Assembly: GCA_964632045.1 (NCBI GenBank)
Contig: CAZWBB010000004.1
Span: forward strand, 18,615 to 82,614
From: an uncultured Methanosarcinales archaeon
GTDB taxonomy: Archaea > Nanobdellota > Nanobdellia > Woesearchaeales > GW2011-AR9
Direction of reading: 5' to 3'
DNA: 64,000 bases
Numbering within the stretch: position 1 is the stretch's first letter; each line of letters begins with the position of its first letter. The notes below the pieces were generated by a model, which was not told the origin of the DNA, did no database searches, and saw only the letters and a list, made by a program, of their open reading frames with translations. Both the position numbers and the translations under genes were made by a program. Positions 48,841 to 58,991 of this stretch are shown in pieces.

Positions 48841-50142
48841 TTGCACACACACAAAATTTGGAAAATCATTCGAGATAGAAGTTTTGGGATTGGAATCAGT
48901 GCTCTGGTTTTGGCGGCTTCAGCAGGTTGCGATGACAGTCAGAATAACGCTGGCATACCAATAGATGACGAATATGTTGATGTGGTTATACCAGCAAGTG
49001 ATTCTGGTGTGGAGGATACAGGTATGCCTGATTGTGAAAGCAAATACTTCCGCGATTTTGATGGTGATCGCTTCGGAGATTACAGTGCTGCATTTGTATG
49101 CGAGCTGGTTCAGGGTTACGTTGGAAATAACCTTGATTGCAATGATTCCCATGGGGGCATTAATCCAGGTGCCCAAGAAGTTTGCGACGGGATAGACAAT
49201 AATTGTGACGGAGATATTGATGAAGGTTTTCCGAAGATGGATTTTTACTTAGACAGAGATAGAGATACTTATGGAGACGATTCCTCAGTAACGATTGGAT
49301 GCGATCCTCCCAATGATTTCTACGTTCTTCTTGGAGGAGATTGCAACGATACAAATCCAAATATCAATCCGATGGCCCCGGATATCAAATGCAGCGGCGT
49401 AGATGAGAACTGTGATGGGATCTTAGATAATAACAGGATCATGCGACATAAAAGAGAGTGTCAAGGTGGAGATGCTTACTGGAGGGATAATTGTGGCGAC
49501 CTAGGTGACCTTGCGGAAAGATGTGCTGAAAACCAAGTTTGCGAGGATGGGGAATGCAAGTGCATTCCAGATTGTACAAACAGGGAATGCGGTTCGGATG
49601 GTTGCGAGGGAAGTTGCGGTATCTGTCAGGGAGAAAACTCAGAATGTATCTCCGGAGATTGTGTTTGCGAGACTACATGTGGTAGAGACCAATGTGGACC
49701 AGATGGTTGTGGTGGAACATGCGGGGAATGCTCTCCCAGGAACCAATGCGTCGAAAGATATCGTGGAGGGTTGATGATGGTCTGTGAGTGCGAACCAGAT
49801 TGTGGTAGTCTTTGTTGTTGGGAAGATGGACTTGAATGTCTGCATGTGGAGATGTATGGGAGAGATATCTGCATCCCACCTGGAAGTGATGTATGCAGAT
49901 CCAGGGATGGACGGACTTACGGTTTCTGCCGACCAGGGTTGGTGTGTGGTGAAGGTTGGGAGTGTCAGATGGGTCCAGTAGATGTACAATGCTGCCCTCC
50001 TAATAGGGCGCACTACCAGAGGGTCAGGATAGGACGGGCAGCAGCACCCTCCAGGTTGTGCTGTGATGCATGTTATGATAGTTTTGATAATAATCAGGAG
50101 GCGAACGCGCACTGCACCACTCCGGTTGATCAGAGCAGGTGA
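48841..50142 (+). CDS. Putative lipoprotein: MopE-like repeats plus Cys-rich (CGxDGCxGxCGxC) repeats
   Basis: TTG start after ggggaggt; SAGC; repeats visible. Confidence 0.85.
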   Translation: MHTHKIWKIIRDRSFGIGISALVLAASAGCDDSQNNAGIPIDDEYVDVVIPASDSGVEDTGMPDCESKYFRDFDGDRFGDYSAAFVCELVQGYVGNNLDCNDSHGGINPGAQEVCDGIDNNCDGDIDEGFPKMDFYLDRDRDTYGDDSSVTIGCDPPNDFYVLLGGDCNDTNPNINPMAPDIKCSGVDENCDGILDNNRIMRHKRECQGGDAYWRDNCGDLGDLAERCAENQVCEDGECKCIPDCTNRECGSDGCEGSCGICQGENSECISGDCVCETTCGRDQCGPDGCGGTCGECSPRNQCVERYRGGLMMVCECEPDCGSLCCWEDGLECLHVEMYGRDICIPPGSDVCRSRDGRTYGFCRPGLVCGEGWECQMGPVDVQCCPPNRAHYQRVRIGRAAAPSRLCCDACYDSFDNNQEANAHCTTPVDQSR

Positions 50143-52046
50143 ATGGATTGTTGGGTGCCAAAATGGTAATTGTAAAGTATATCTCAAATGCAGAGAATTT
50201 TGTGAAAGGATATGTTGGTAATCCATTATCCACAGCAATAATAGCTGCTGCCATTGCAGTTGGCTCATTACTTACCCCTGGTTGTACCGATGAGGATCCT
50301 GCGGATGATCTAGTTCATGAGGAATGCTTTGAAAACTTGGAGGTACGTAGAGGTTGTGATGAAGACGAGGAATGTGGATCTAGGAAACATTGTTCCAGAA
50401 GCAGGTGTTATTACAACCGCTGTGAAGATCGTGAAGGATATTATAAAGTAGAGGACAGATGTTGTACAGATGGTACTGAGGGGAGTATTGTCTGTATTGA
50501 GAACTCACATCCAATTCATTCTCCTTATCCCTTGGATCTCAGTTGGAACAAAGACAAGGGTCTTGCCTGCTTAGATAAGAAGATCAAAATTTATTATTAC
50601 GATATTGAGAATGTTGATTTGCAGCCGATTGTCCCCATGTCAGGCATCTGTCCAGTAAGTATCATTGAAAGAGAAAGTATAGCTTGGGCTCTGGACTTCC
50701 GGGAGAATTCTCTGGTCACTATGGAGAATTATGAAGTAGTGGATTCTGTTCCTCTTCCTGGAGAAAGTCCGTTGAACCTCGCTTTTGCTCCTGCGGATAC
50801 ATTTTGGTATCTTGATGGCGATATCGGATTAAGCAGAATTGACATGGCCGGCAAGGTGATCGATTCTGTCCGTACACCTGACTTAGAGATGAAAGGGATG
50901 GCTACTGAAAGAGCATATCTTTGGTTCGTGGGAACTCATGATGGATTGTCATCGAGAATTCTCAAGACAAGCCACTCTGGAAACATACTTAACGAGTTCA
51001 ATTCTCCTGCAGATTCTCCGGTAGGGATAGCGGTCGCTGATTCTTCCGTATGGGTACTGGATGAGAGTCTACGGGTGGTCATCCAAATGACAGAACTTGT
51101 CTCTCAGCAAGCAATTGAGTGTTATCTTGATTCTGATGGGGACGGTTTCGGCCATGAGCGGACTATAGTTTCACCTATGAAAGGAAGATGTCCAGAAGGT
51201 TATGTGAAAAATCCGTTCGACTGTGATGATACAAATGCAAGAGTGCATCCTGGAATGAATGAAGTATGCAATGGAATTGATGATGATTGTAATGATGGTG
51301 TTGATGAAAATCTTGAGATGAATTGTATGTATGTATGTCCGGAAATTGGTCTGGAGATCCATGGGAAAGTATTCTGTCGTAATGGAGAATGGACAGAATG
51401 TAGCGCGAATACACAATGTTGTGAGTATGGTGATATCATGGACCGCGTTTATTGTGATGATAATTTGTCATTGCTGTTTGTAATAGACAATTCTGGCAGT
51501 ATGACTGGTAGTGATGGTAATGACCATAGTGGAATGCGCTATAATGGGCTGAATGAACTTGTTGATGAGATGGAACATGGAGACGAAGCGTCTATCATCC
51601 CTTTTGGAGATCGGTCTGAGGTGTCATGCGAGTTTACTTCAAACCCAGGTAGCCTAGATGATTGTGTTTCCCGGGCAAGGGCGGCTTCTGTGGGAGGTGG
51701 AACTAATATCAGGGGGGCATTGCAACGAGCCATGTCTCATATTAATAGTGCTAGTTACAGAAAAATAATTGTGCTTCTTACTGATGGGGAGGACAGTTAT
51801 GATGCTGATTCATTTAGACAAGAGGCAGAAAGAGCAGATATCACCTTATATGCCATGGGATTTGGAAGTGCAGATGAAGATGTATTGCGGGCGACGGTAA
51901 CTGAAGATGGAGATTATTTCAAGATAGATAATGCCCAGCAGATCCCTTCAGGGTACAAGACCATCTTACATAGCAACAAGATCAAGTCCTGGAAAGAATG
52001 TGATGATCGAGGTAACTGGCAACAAAGATATGGTGTGTGTGATTAA
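50139..52046 (+). CDS. Putative lipoprotein: Cys-rich segment, beta-propeller-like region, MopE-like repeat, vWA
   Basis: TPGC; SP..SPVGIA..WVLD; DNSGS, GGTN, LTDG. Confidence 0.88.
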   Translation: MNGLLGAKMVIVKYISNAENFVKGYVGNPLSTAIIAAAIAVGSLLTPGCTDEDPADDLVHEECFENLEVRRGCDEDEECGSRKHCSRSRCYYNRCEDREGYYKVEDRCCTDGTEGSIVCIENSHPIHSPYPLDLSWNKDKGLACLDKKIKIYYYDIENVDLQPIVPMSGICPVSIIERESIAWALDFRENSLVTMENYEVVDSVPLPGESPLNLAFAPADTFWYLDGDIGLSRIDMAGKVIDSVRTPDLEMKGMATERAYLWFVGTHDGLSSRILKTSHSGNILNEFNSPADSPVGIAVADSSVWVLDESLRVVIQMTELVSQQAIECYLDSDGDGFGHERTIVSPMKGRCPEGYVKNPFDCDDTNARVHPGMNEVCNGIDDDCNDGVDENLEMNCMYVCPEIGLEIHGKVFCRNGEWTECSANTQCCEYGDIMDRVYCDDNLSLLFVIDNSGSMTGSDGNDHSGMRYNGLNELVDEMEHGDEASIIPFGDRSEVSCEFTSNPGSLDDCVSRARAASVGGGTNIRGALQRAMSHINSASYRKIIVLLTDGEDSYDADSFRQEAERADITLYAMGFGSADEDVLRATVTEDGDYFKIDNAQQIPSGYKTILHSNKIKSWKECDDRGNWQQRYGVCD

Positions 52047-52145
52047 TTACCCAAAAAACAACTGGAAGACGCTCAGGATTTACTTTATGTAAAAAAACCA
52101 GTGAATTATTTATTATATTCGCTCAACTATCTGAAAAATAGAAAA

Positions 52146-53225
52146 ATGAACATTATCGATCCCGGTTTTCGGAAACGGATGACTCAGTATAGTGAGCAAG
52201 AAAGGGATACGATTACTGATATTGAAGCGCTCATCGAAGAGCAGGAAGCGTTGGAAAGAGAAGCTGAGATGAGAAAAAGGAAGTTAGCGATCAGGACAGG
52301 GATTGCAGGATCCTTTATGGCAGCCGCACTTAGCATTTGCGCTTATTGCATTAGCGAGACTGGATTTACAAACATGGGAGAGCCAGAACTGACCATAAAT
52401 CAGTATGATGAGGAAATACCCATCTATCGGAATCAGACTTGGGATACGAACATTGTGATTCCCAATGTTGTTGCTGAATCTATTGATGATAGTGTTGCTG
52501 TTCAGGAAAGTTGCAGGTTCTGGAACTGGACAGAAGACTGTTGGAAGATCAAGGAGAATAATACGGGGCCTAAACCTGCATCTGATTTAAAAGTAGAACC
52601 AGCCGTTAAATATGTGCCGACAAAAGATCATCCTTTGGCTACAGCTAATGGGAAAGGAGGTTTTTCTTTGGGAGAAAATGGGAGCGGTTCTGGTCTCACG
52701 TATGCTTTCACATTTACCAGGAACTATCATGGACGTCGAGTGGGTGTACCTTACAAAGTTGTACCGGAGTGGAAGCAGACCGCTCCAGGTAGGAAGAAAA
52801 TTCAATGGAGGGTAACCCGCAACAGGATTAAAGATTATCGGAAATCAGAAGATATAAATATCGGCAGGTTCATCAGCCCCGTTAGTCTGAATTCTGTAAT
52901 AGGAAAGGTTGATAGCTATACTTTAGAGTTTAGAGGGGGGAGGAAAATTCCAGTTGTTAGACCAAAGTCGAACATTTGGAGTCATGGGCTGCATATTGAC
53001 AATTACTATGAGATAGCTAAGATAGAAGTCAAAGCAGGTGAGGACCCACAACCATGGATCACCAAAACGGTAGTTGACGTGGGACCTGAAGTTATCAAGA
53101 AGAGATTTGATACTACGATGTTGACCTATACCCGGGCCGTGGATCATCTGGGCAATTTTGGAAAGACTCCTAACGATGCGGAAGATTTGCCTTCGCCCAT
53201 ACAGTTTAAGAAGAGTATCAATTGA
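52146..53225 (+). CDS. Single-TM hypothetical protein
   Basis: Charged N-terminus, one TM, beta-rich C-terminus. Confidence 0.75.
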   Translation: MNIIDPGFRKRMTQYSEQERDTITDIEALIEEQEALEREAEMRKRKLAIRTGIAGSFMAAALSICAYCISETGFTNMGEPELTINQYDEEIPIYRNQTWDTNIVIPNVVAESIDDSVAVQESCRFWNWTEDCWKIKENNTGPKPASDLKVEPAVKYVPTKDHPLATANGKGGFSLGENGSGSGLTYAFTFTRNYHGRRVGVPYKVVPEWKQTAPGRKKIQWRVTRNRIKDYRKSEDINIGRFISPVSLNSVIGKVDSYTLEFRGGRKIPVVRPKSNIWSHGLHIDNYYEIAKIEVKAGEDPQPWITKTVVDVGPEVIKKRFDTTMLTYTRAVDHLGNFGKTPNDAEDLPSPIQFKKSIN

Positions 53226-53269
53226 CAATACTGTAAATGAACGGATAATATGGTAGATGAAAGGATAAA

Positions 53270-54337
53270 ATGGTAAAGGAAAAATGTTTGATGGCTGTCT
53301 GCATTGCAGCTCTTACAGCAGTAAGTCCCTTACAGGCGGAAGACGGGGACTCACAGATGACTCTGGATCAGATGGTGCAGCAGGTGGACAAAGAGCGTTA
53401 TGAAATCAAACCATTCAGATCCTTGCCTGCAAATGTAGAACAGCTCCTGTATGAAAGGATGCAGGTTGATGAGATGGAAAGAATATTTCGTGAAATGCTG
53501 GATAACAGGGAGAAATCAGAGGATGGTTCACGTGGAGTATTTTCTGAAGAAGATATCAAGACAAGGAAACCTTTGAAATATGATATCAAATCAAGACTGA
53601 AAGATATCCCATACCCTGATGAAAAAGAGAGAGCCCTGCAATACTGGGAAAAAAAGAAAGTCTATTCTGCTATCATCGTTGATAAGACACAGCAAAAAAA
53701 ATACCATGTGCTTTACTTTGCTGTTGATCTGGACAATCCCTCAGGATATAAGATACTGAGGATTCCCAACAATAATTTCCTCTTCAATAACAGCCCATTT
53801 CTTGAGGCTAGTGATTTCCTGCGTAGTCATGTGAATAAGCTGGCATATGAGGTTTTTGTCCAGGCAAAAACAAAAGGTAAGATTGAGTTTGTTGATAAAG
53901 GCAATACAAACACCCTGACTGCACTGAGACAACAGGCAGATCTTACTAAATATGTTACGGATGCGCTTCAGGATATCCGAAGAAAAAAGAAAGATTATCC
54001 AAGGGAGGTTATTGAAGATATTGAGAAGTATTTCGTTGACATAAACGATTCTGTTCTTCCGGAGTGGCTTGATTATGAAATATTCAGGAAAGGCCAGGGC
54101 CAATATGCACAATGGTTCGCCTTTGTGTATGCAGATCACAACCAGAATAAGAAGTGGGATAAAGGAGAAAAGTTGTTTGCGCGCGGCGACTTACCGATTC
54201 TTATTCCCATAGATCCTATTGATAATGCCCAGATAAGAAAAGAGTCAACTGAAAAGCAGGAGACCAGTGACAGAGATTCTCCCAGTGCGCGCATCTATGG
54301 AAAAAAGGTGCCATCAGGAGGGGCTGGAGAATTATGA
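53270..54337 (+). CDS. Secreted hypothetical protein
   Basis: Signal peptide ending PLQA. Confidence 0.75.
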   Translation: MVKEKCLMAVCIAALTAVSPLQAEDGDSQMTLDQMVQQVDKERYEIKPFRSLPANVEQLLYERMQVDEMERIFREMLDNREKSEDGSRGVFSEEDIKTRKPLKYDIKSRLKDIPYPDEKERALQYWEKKKVYSAIIVDKTQQKKYHVLYFAVDLDNPSGYKILRIPNNNFLFNNSPFLEASDFLRSHVNKLAYEVFVQAKTKGKIEFVDKGNTNTLTALRQQADLTKYVTDALQDIRRKKKDYPREVIEDIEKYFVDINDSVLPEWLDYEIFRKGQGQYAQWFAFVYADHNQNKKWDKGEKLFARGDLPILIPIDPIDNAQIRKESTEKQETSDRDSPSARIYGKKVPSGGAGEL

Positions 54338-54348
54338 CTATTTACAGG

Positions 54349-55146
54349 CTATGAACCGGTTTCTGGTCGTTCAGGATTTATCTCTTCGGCGTGATCGTAT
54401 ATCTTCTCCACGACAAATGGCACCTCCTGGTCGCAACTGGTATAACCTGATCTCGAAAGAAGAGCAAATTCCTCTTCTTTATTCAGGAAAGTAGTAAACT
54501 CTGTAGGGATTGAGCTTTGGAAGAGGTACTTAAATTTCCTTTCTTCATCATATCTGCTCAGGACAAATGAACCCTCGTAATAAGTTACTGTTCTGGTATC
54601 ATTACCCTCGGGATCATATTCCTGTTCCTCAATTTCATACTTACGTTGGGCAACATCGCTGATCTGTAGGCGGTCCAGGAAAGTGCATCCGCCAAGGTGG
54701 TGTTCACGAGATGATGATTTGCCAAGCAATTCCAAGCTCTCTGCCGCTGCAACAGGTTGACCATATCTCTTCTCCACAATTGTCCTTTCAGTAGATATCT
54801 TATCCTTGAGGAGATAAAAGCCTCTGCTATCGATAGTAAGGTCAACTTCTTTTTCAAATGTTAAGCAGGTCCTTGCTGCCTCCTGTAGGGAATTGGCGGC
54901 CAATCCTCCTATAAACAGACCGGCACCAGCCAGAAGGAGGTAGCCGAAAGAGAAACCTTCACTATAGAAATGATTCACTGCGTAAGCAATCGCACCGCAG
55001 CCGCCAGCGGTGAAAGTGGCTCCCCAAAAGATCTGCCCTCCTATGTAGTTTCGTCTGAAAGATGTGTCAACGTCGTCCTCTATTGCAATCTGTTCTAAGG
55101 TGGGCAGGGCGGAAGCTCTTTTTATCATTGCATTTTTTTCTGTCAT
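54349..55146 (-). CDS. Two-TM membrane protein, family Z (paralog of 21322-22041)
   Basis: YGQPVAAAESL, GCTFLDRLQISDV, EERK, FALLSR; start reassigned to ATG 55146. Confidence 0.75.
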   Translation of the reverse strand: MTEKNAMIKRASALPTLEQIAIEDDVDTSFRRNYIGGQIFWGATFTAGGCGAIAYAVNHFYSEGFSFGYLLLAGAGLFIGGLAANSLQEAARTCLTFEKEVDLTIDSRGFYLLKDKISTERTIVEKRYGQPVAAAESLELLGKSSSREHHLGGCTFLDRLQISDVAQRKYEIEEQEYDPEGNDTRTVTYYEGSFVLSRYDEERKFKYLFQSSIPTEFTTFLNKEEEFALLSRSGYTSCDQEVPFVVEKIYDHAEEINPERPETGS

Positions 55147-55191
55147 GAATACAGTATGGACATATTTAATTATTAAAGTTTTTGTTGATAT

Positions 55192-55202
55192 TTTTACGGA
55201 AA
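55192..55202. promoter_or_regulatory. Recurrent motif TTTTACGGAAA
   Basis: Same position in the Z/X divergent spacer as the copy at 22161. Confidence 0.55.
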
Positions 55203-55272
55203 CTATTTCTGCTGTGTAGAGATTTTGGTTTTTTGGGAAAGGTTTAAATAAATCAGGGGGCCATTTCTTTTT

Positions 55273-57612
55273 ATGGGGGTCAGTGGACATAATACACCAG
55301 AAATAGTAGATTTTCTCAAGGGAATCTCATTCCAGTATCCTGAAAAGCTAGAAGAACAACTAACGGAACTCAGAGAATTATTCAACAAAGAAAGCAAGGT
55401 CTCAAGAAGGTATGAATTAGTCAGCCAAGAATTGCGAGTCCAATTTGGCGGTGGTAGTAAAGGTTTTTCAACCTTCATTGAAGAGATTACAGAGAAATCC
55501 GGATATTACCTAGATTCTGAAAATGAGAGATACATGCCACTGACAGAAGGATTAAGCATCTTTGACCTCCTGAAAATAGCTGAACGATATCAACCCCCTT
55601 CAACACAATTCAAACCAAAATCCCTCTCTTCAGGGAAAAAACCCGCGAGAAAATCCAGGAGAAGTCTGCATGCCAGATTTGAGACTATCCCATTGAGCAT
55701 AGTCTATAACTCCTTTTTCAAGCAGACAAGACCGAAAGCTGTCTGCACCAAGAACAGGGAAGCGCATTCCCTAGCCGGGTACCAGGATGCGGCTGATCCA
55801 TTCACGCATAATCTGTCATTATCTCTGGAAGAAGCGCGGAAGGAAGGTAAAACATCACATCAACTTTTGGAAGCGATCGTTATCGAGACTGAAAAAGTCG
55901 AGGGTGGGAATGATAAGAACGGGAATGATGATGGTTGCCTGTTGGTAGAAGGTGTCTTTGGAGTTGTCGATGAAGAGATGAGGGAGTCCGTGTTTGATTA
56001 TATCTACTCCTGCCTGATTAAGTATGTCTACGAAGAGAAGAAAAACCTTCTCTTCAATCTCAGTTTCAATCCCGGTAGCCAGCATCTCCCTTTGCATTTC
56101 ATCAACTGGTTGGGCTGGAAGAAGCTGAATAAAGTGTTTTATGAGTTCTCTGAGGAAGGGAAGAGAGTGAAAAGGAAGGTGGAGAGTATTGAAGAGCATT
56201 CTTGTGAGTTGCAGGCAGTTAGGTTGTCGGATAGTGAAAGAGCTGGATTGGAAGAGCGGGTGGGGGATTGTTTTGACGCTCCACAGGAAGTATTAGATAG
56301 ATTCGACCGGGAGAAGAGATATTCTGATACTTGGTGGTGGATTTCCGGGAAGAGTGAATGGAATATGAGAGAAGGGAGTGTACATTGTCTGGAAATAAAT
56401 CGTGAGATGATAAAGGAGGAATATGAAAGACTTTTCGTCTCCAATAGTTTTTCCATAAAGAGATTATTGACAACTGGTCTGTTCGGTCTGCTGTTTGTAG
56501 GAGGATTGATTGGACTATTACATCAGAGCGGACTTTTAAAGATTAAAGGGATAGATGTTGAGAGTTCGGATGCCGGTAAGTTTCCGGAGTATCAATCGCT
56601 TGAAAAAAGGGTAAGATGGAGCAGTGGCGGGTGCAGTCTGATCGGAATTGAGGAAAGAGATCCATTGTGTAAAGTAGTCGGCAGCTGGGATTTTGAAGAC
56701 AAGACAGAATTTGAGAGGAATAATGCTGTTCAGCAGTACTTTCCTATTTTCTGTTCGGCTCAGGACAGAAATGATTTAGATACGATCTGGGGCCTGAACT
56801 TCATCGCAAAGAATGCCGATAAAGGTAATAAGGAAAAGTTCATGAGGAGAATATTGAGCGGAGATTGTGGAAATCAGGCATTAGTCAATCTATTGACCTA
56901 CCCATGCGATGTCGACAACTTTGATTATCTGGAGCCTTTGTCTTTTTGTCCTTCGGATCTGGTCCGTTTTGAGATGCCGCCAGATTACATCATAAATGGT
57001 TATGCCAATACTGATTTTTTTATGGGAAGAGTTCTTCTCCTGGCTAGAATGGGTCCAGAAAATAGTATGGTTTTTATGGAGGCTGAGAAGATGTACTCAA
57101 AAGTCTTTTTGGGGGAAGCAGGCCCAGGAGAACTTGAGTTCATCGGCAAATATCATGATCTGGACCGCTTGAAAAGGTTCTATCTGTGGGATCATGAAAA
57201 TCGAAAAGAGGGGGACTGCGATTCTGACGAACAAAACGGTTGGAAACATCTGATGAGACTTAATATTGTGAAATTACTGCGTCAGACTGACAAAGGGAGA
57301 GCTTTCTTGGAACAAAAGTTCTGGAAAAGCAAAAAACCTGAGGAAATTGTCAGTATAGGAAGATATCTTCTACCGTTGCAGGAATTATCAGGTCGAGAAA
57401 AGTTTTTGAGGAGATACACTTTGACCCTGGCTGGGCTGGGAGTGGCAGATAGTAACATCTACGGAGATGAATCGCCAGGCCAGTTTAGGTTAGAAGATTG
57501 CATTGAAAAGAAGAGGGAAGTAACAACTGGATGTCTTTATCTGGATTGTATGGTGATGGCTATCCCTTCAGGAGGGGGTATAACCAAATGCGATCTGGGA
57601 GTGCATCACTGA
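55273..57612 (+). CDS. Family X protein 3
   Basis: Conserved N-terminal motifs, TM LLTTGLFGLLFVGGLIGLL, Cys-rich unique C-terminal half. Confidence 0.85.
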   Translation: MGVSGHNTPEIVDFLKGISFQYPEKLEEQLTELRELFNKESKVSRRYELVSQELRVQFGGGSKGFSTFIEEITEKSGYYLDSENERYMPLTEGLSIFDLLKIAERYQPPSTQFKPKSLSSGKKPARKSRRSLHARFETIPLSIVYNSFFKQTRPKAVCTKNREAHSLAGYQDAADPFTHNLSLSLEEARKEGKTSHQLLEAIVIETEKVEGGNDKNGNDDGCLLVEGVFGVVDEEMRESVFDYIYSCLIKYVYEEKKNLLFNLSFNPGSQHLPLHFINWLGWKKLNKVFYEFSEEGKRVKRKVESIEEHSCELQAVRLSDSERAGLEERVGDCFDAPQEVLDRFDREKRYSDTWWWISGKSEWNMREGSVHCLEINREMIKEEYERLFVSNSFSIKRLLTTGLFGLLFVGGLIGLLHQSGLLKIKGIDVESSDAGKFPEYQSLEKRVRWSSGGCSLIGIEERDPLCKVVGSWDFEDKTEFERNNAVQQYFPIFCSAQDRNDLDTIWGLNFIAKNADKGNKEKFMRRILSGDCGNQALVNLLTYPCDVDNFDYLEPLSFCPSDLVRFEMPPDYIINGYANTDFFMGRVLLLARMGPENSMVFMEAEKMYSKVFLGEAGPGELEFIGKYHDLDRLKRFYLWDHENRKEGDCDSDEQNGWKHLMRLNIVKLLRQTDKGRAFLEQKFWKSKKPEEIVSIGRYLLPLQELSGREKFLRRYTLTLAGLGVADSNIYGDESPGQFRLEDCIEKKREVTTGCLYLDCMVMAIPSGGGITKCDLGVHH

Positions 57613-57618
57613 GATGGA

Positions 57619-58965
57619 ATGGAGGAACAAATGAATAAATTAAACTTGGAAAATATTGCTGTGATGACCGCGACTCTTGCAGCGGTAGGGATAAATTCTA
57701 TCAGTTTATCCGGTTGTAAACAGGGCTGCTCGGAGGAGGCTGTGGGTCCGGTAGATACTATGACTCATATGGATGCTGGAAAGAAGTTTGAACCTGGCAA
57801 AGATGATGCTGGCAAGCCATCTGCAGTAGTTAAAGGTTCTGATGGTCAAAGAATTATTCCCATTAAAATTTTGGATGACCAGGAGGGGAGATGCGGCGAA
57901 TTTGAGATGCGGATGCTGCTTGGACCAGAGAGCTGGAGGGCAGACCGTAATGATTTGGATAAAATTGTGAAAGTTTTTGACCATCTACATAACAACCGGA
58001 ATAAGGATTGGCGCGATAGGGTGGAACTGACCGACGATGAGGTTGCTGGTTGTGATTATGAATGTCTGGAAGCCTGTGACAGTTCTACCATGGCATGGTT
58101 GAATGATACTGTGGGACAAAGATGTTTCCGGACAGGTATTGTGGAGAAGTTCAGGTTCAAAAGAAAAGCAGTCAGGCAAGTAGAAGTGAGTTATCATGAA
58201 GGTATTAACAGCTGGGGAGAAGTTGATGTTTTGGCGGGTGAAGGTAGGGAGGAGAGGAATCATGTTTTCCGGTTCAGGACGGAGAAAGAGATCGATGAAT
58301 TTGTTAGGGATTTAGGTCCTTATGAAAAGGAGACAGAATGGAAAAACAAAGAAAAGGAACGGGTTGTCCGGTATGTGAGGGATGGGGCAGTAGAACCCAT
58401 CACCCATCCAAAAGAAGAGGGCAGTTCAAACGAATATGGGAGAATTCTCTTTTCTGTTGGAGAGATGAAAAAAGGATTAACATTGTTGGACAGGAGAGTT
58501 GGAGGAGATTGTCGACCGGATGAAGTTTTGGCATTCTTTAAAGGCCGTGATGAAGTGGAGAGGCGTCACCAAGAATGTGATGTTTGTTCTTTAAAAGAAA
58601 CAGTTGGATCTTATAATCTGATGAACGATGCGGAGAAAAGTCTTTGTGATTCAGTCATCCTCAGTAAGAAAGAGCTTTTTTGTCTCTTGAGGGAATGCAC
58701 CTACGGATGTTTAGGAGTAAAGCCAAATAATTTTGGTAGCATAACCTGCACCGGCTTTATTCCAAAAGAGCAGTACAGGATACGGTTGAGCAATATTCAG
58801 AAAGTTAGCCAAGGAAATTTCTATGTAGATCGGGGATATGGTTCGGTGACGATAGCCTGGATTGATCAAGAGTCAAAGAAGAGTAAGAAAAGCCTATTTG
58901 TTTTCAGAAAAGAGAACCAGATGAAGCGATTTACTGATGATCTGGGACAATATGTCCGGAGGTGA
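57619..58965 (+). CDS. Putative lipoprotein with two repeated PH-like modules
   Basis: LSGC, DAG motifs; FRFRTEKEIDEFVRDLGPY and FVFRKENQMKRFTDDLGQY. Confidence 0.8.
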   Translation: MEEQMNKLNLENIAVMTATLAAVGINSISLSGCKQGCSEEAVGPVDTMTHMDAGKKFEPGKDDAGKPSAVVKGSDGQRIIPIKILDDQEGRCGEFEMRMLLGPESWRADRNDLDKIVKVFDHLHNNRNKDWRDRVELTDDEVAGCDYECLEACDSSTMAWLNDTVGQRCFRTGIVEKFRFKRKAVRQVEVSYHEGINSWGEVDVLAGEGREERNHVFRFRTEKEIDEFVRDLGPYEKETEWKNKEKERVVRYVRDGAVEPITHPKEEGSSNEYGRILFSVGEMKKGLTLLDRRVGGDCRPDEVLAFFKGRDEVERRHQECDVCSLKETVGSYNLMNDAEKSLCDSVILSKKELFCLLRECTYGCLGVKPNNFGSITCTGFIPKEQYRIRLSNIQKVSQGNFYVDRGYGSVTIAWIDQESKKSKKSLFVFRKENQMKRFTDDLGQYVRR

Positions 58966-58991
58966 TGCCTTTCTCCAAAGAATTCCTCGTA

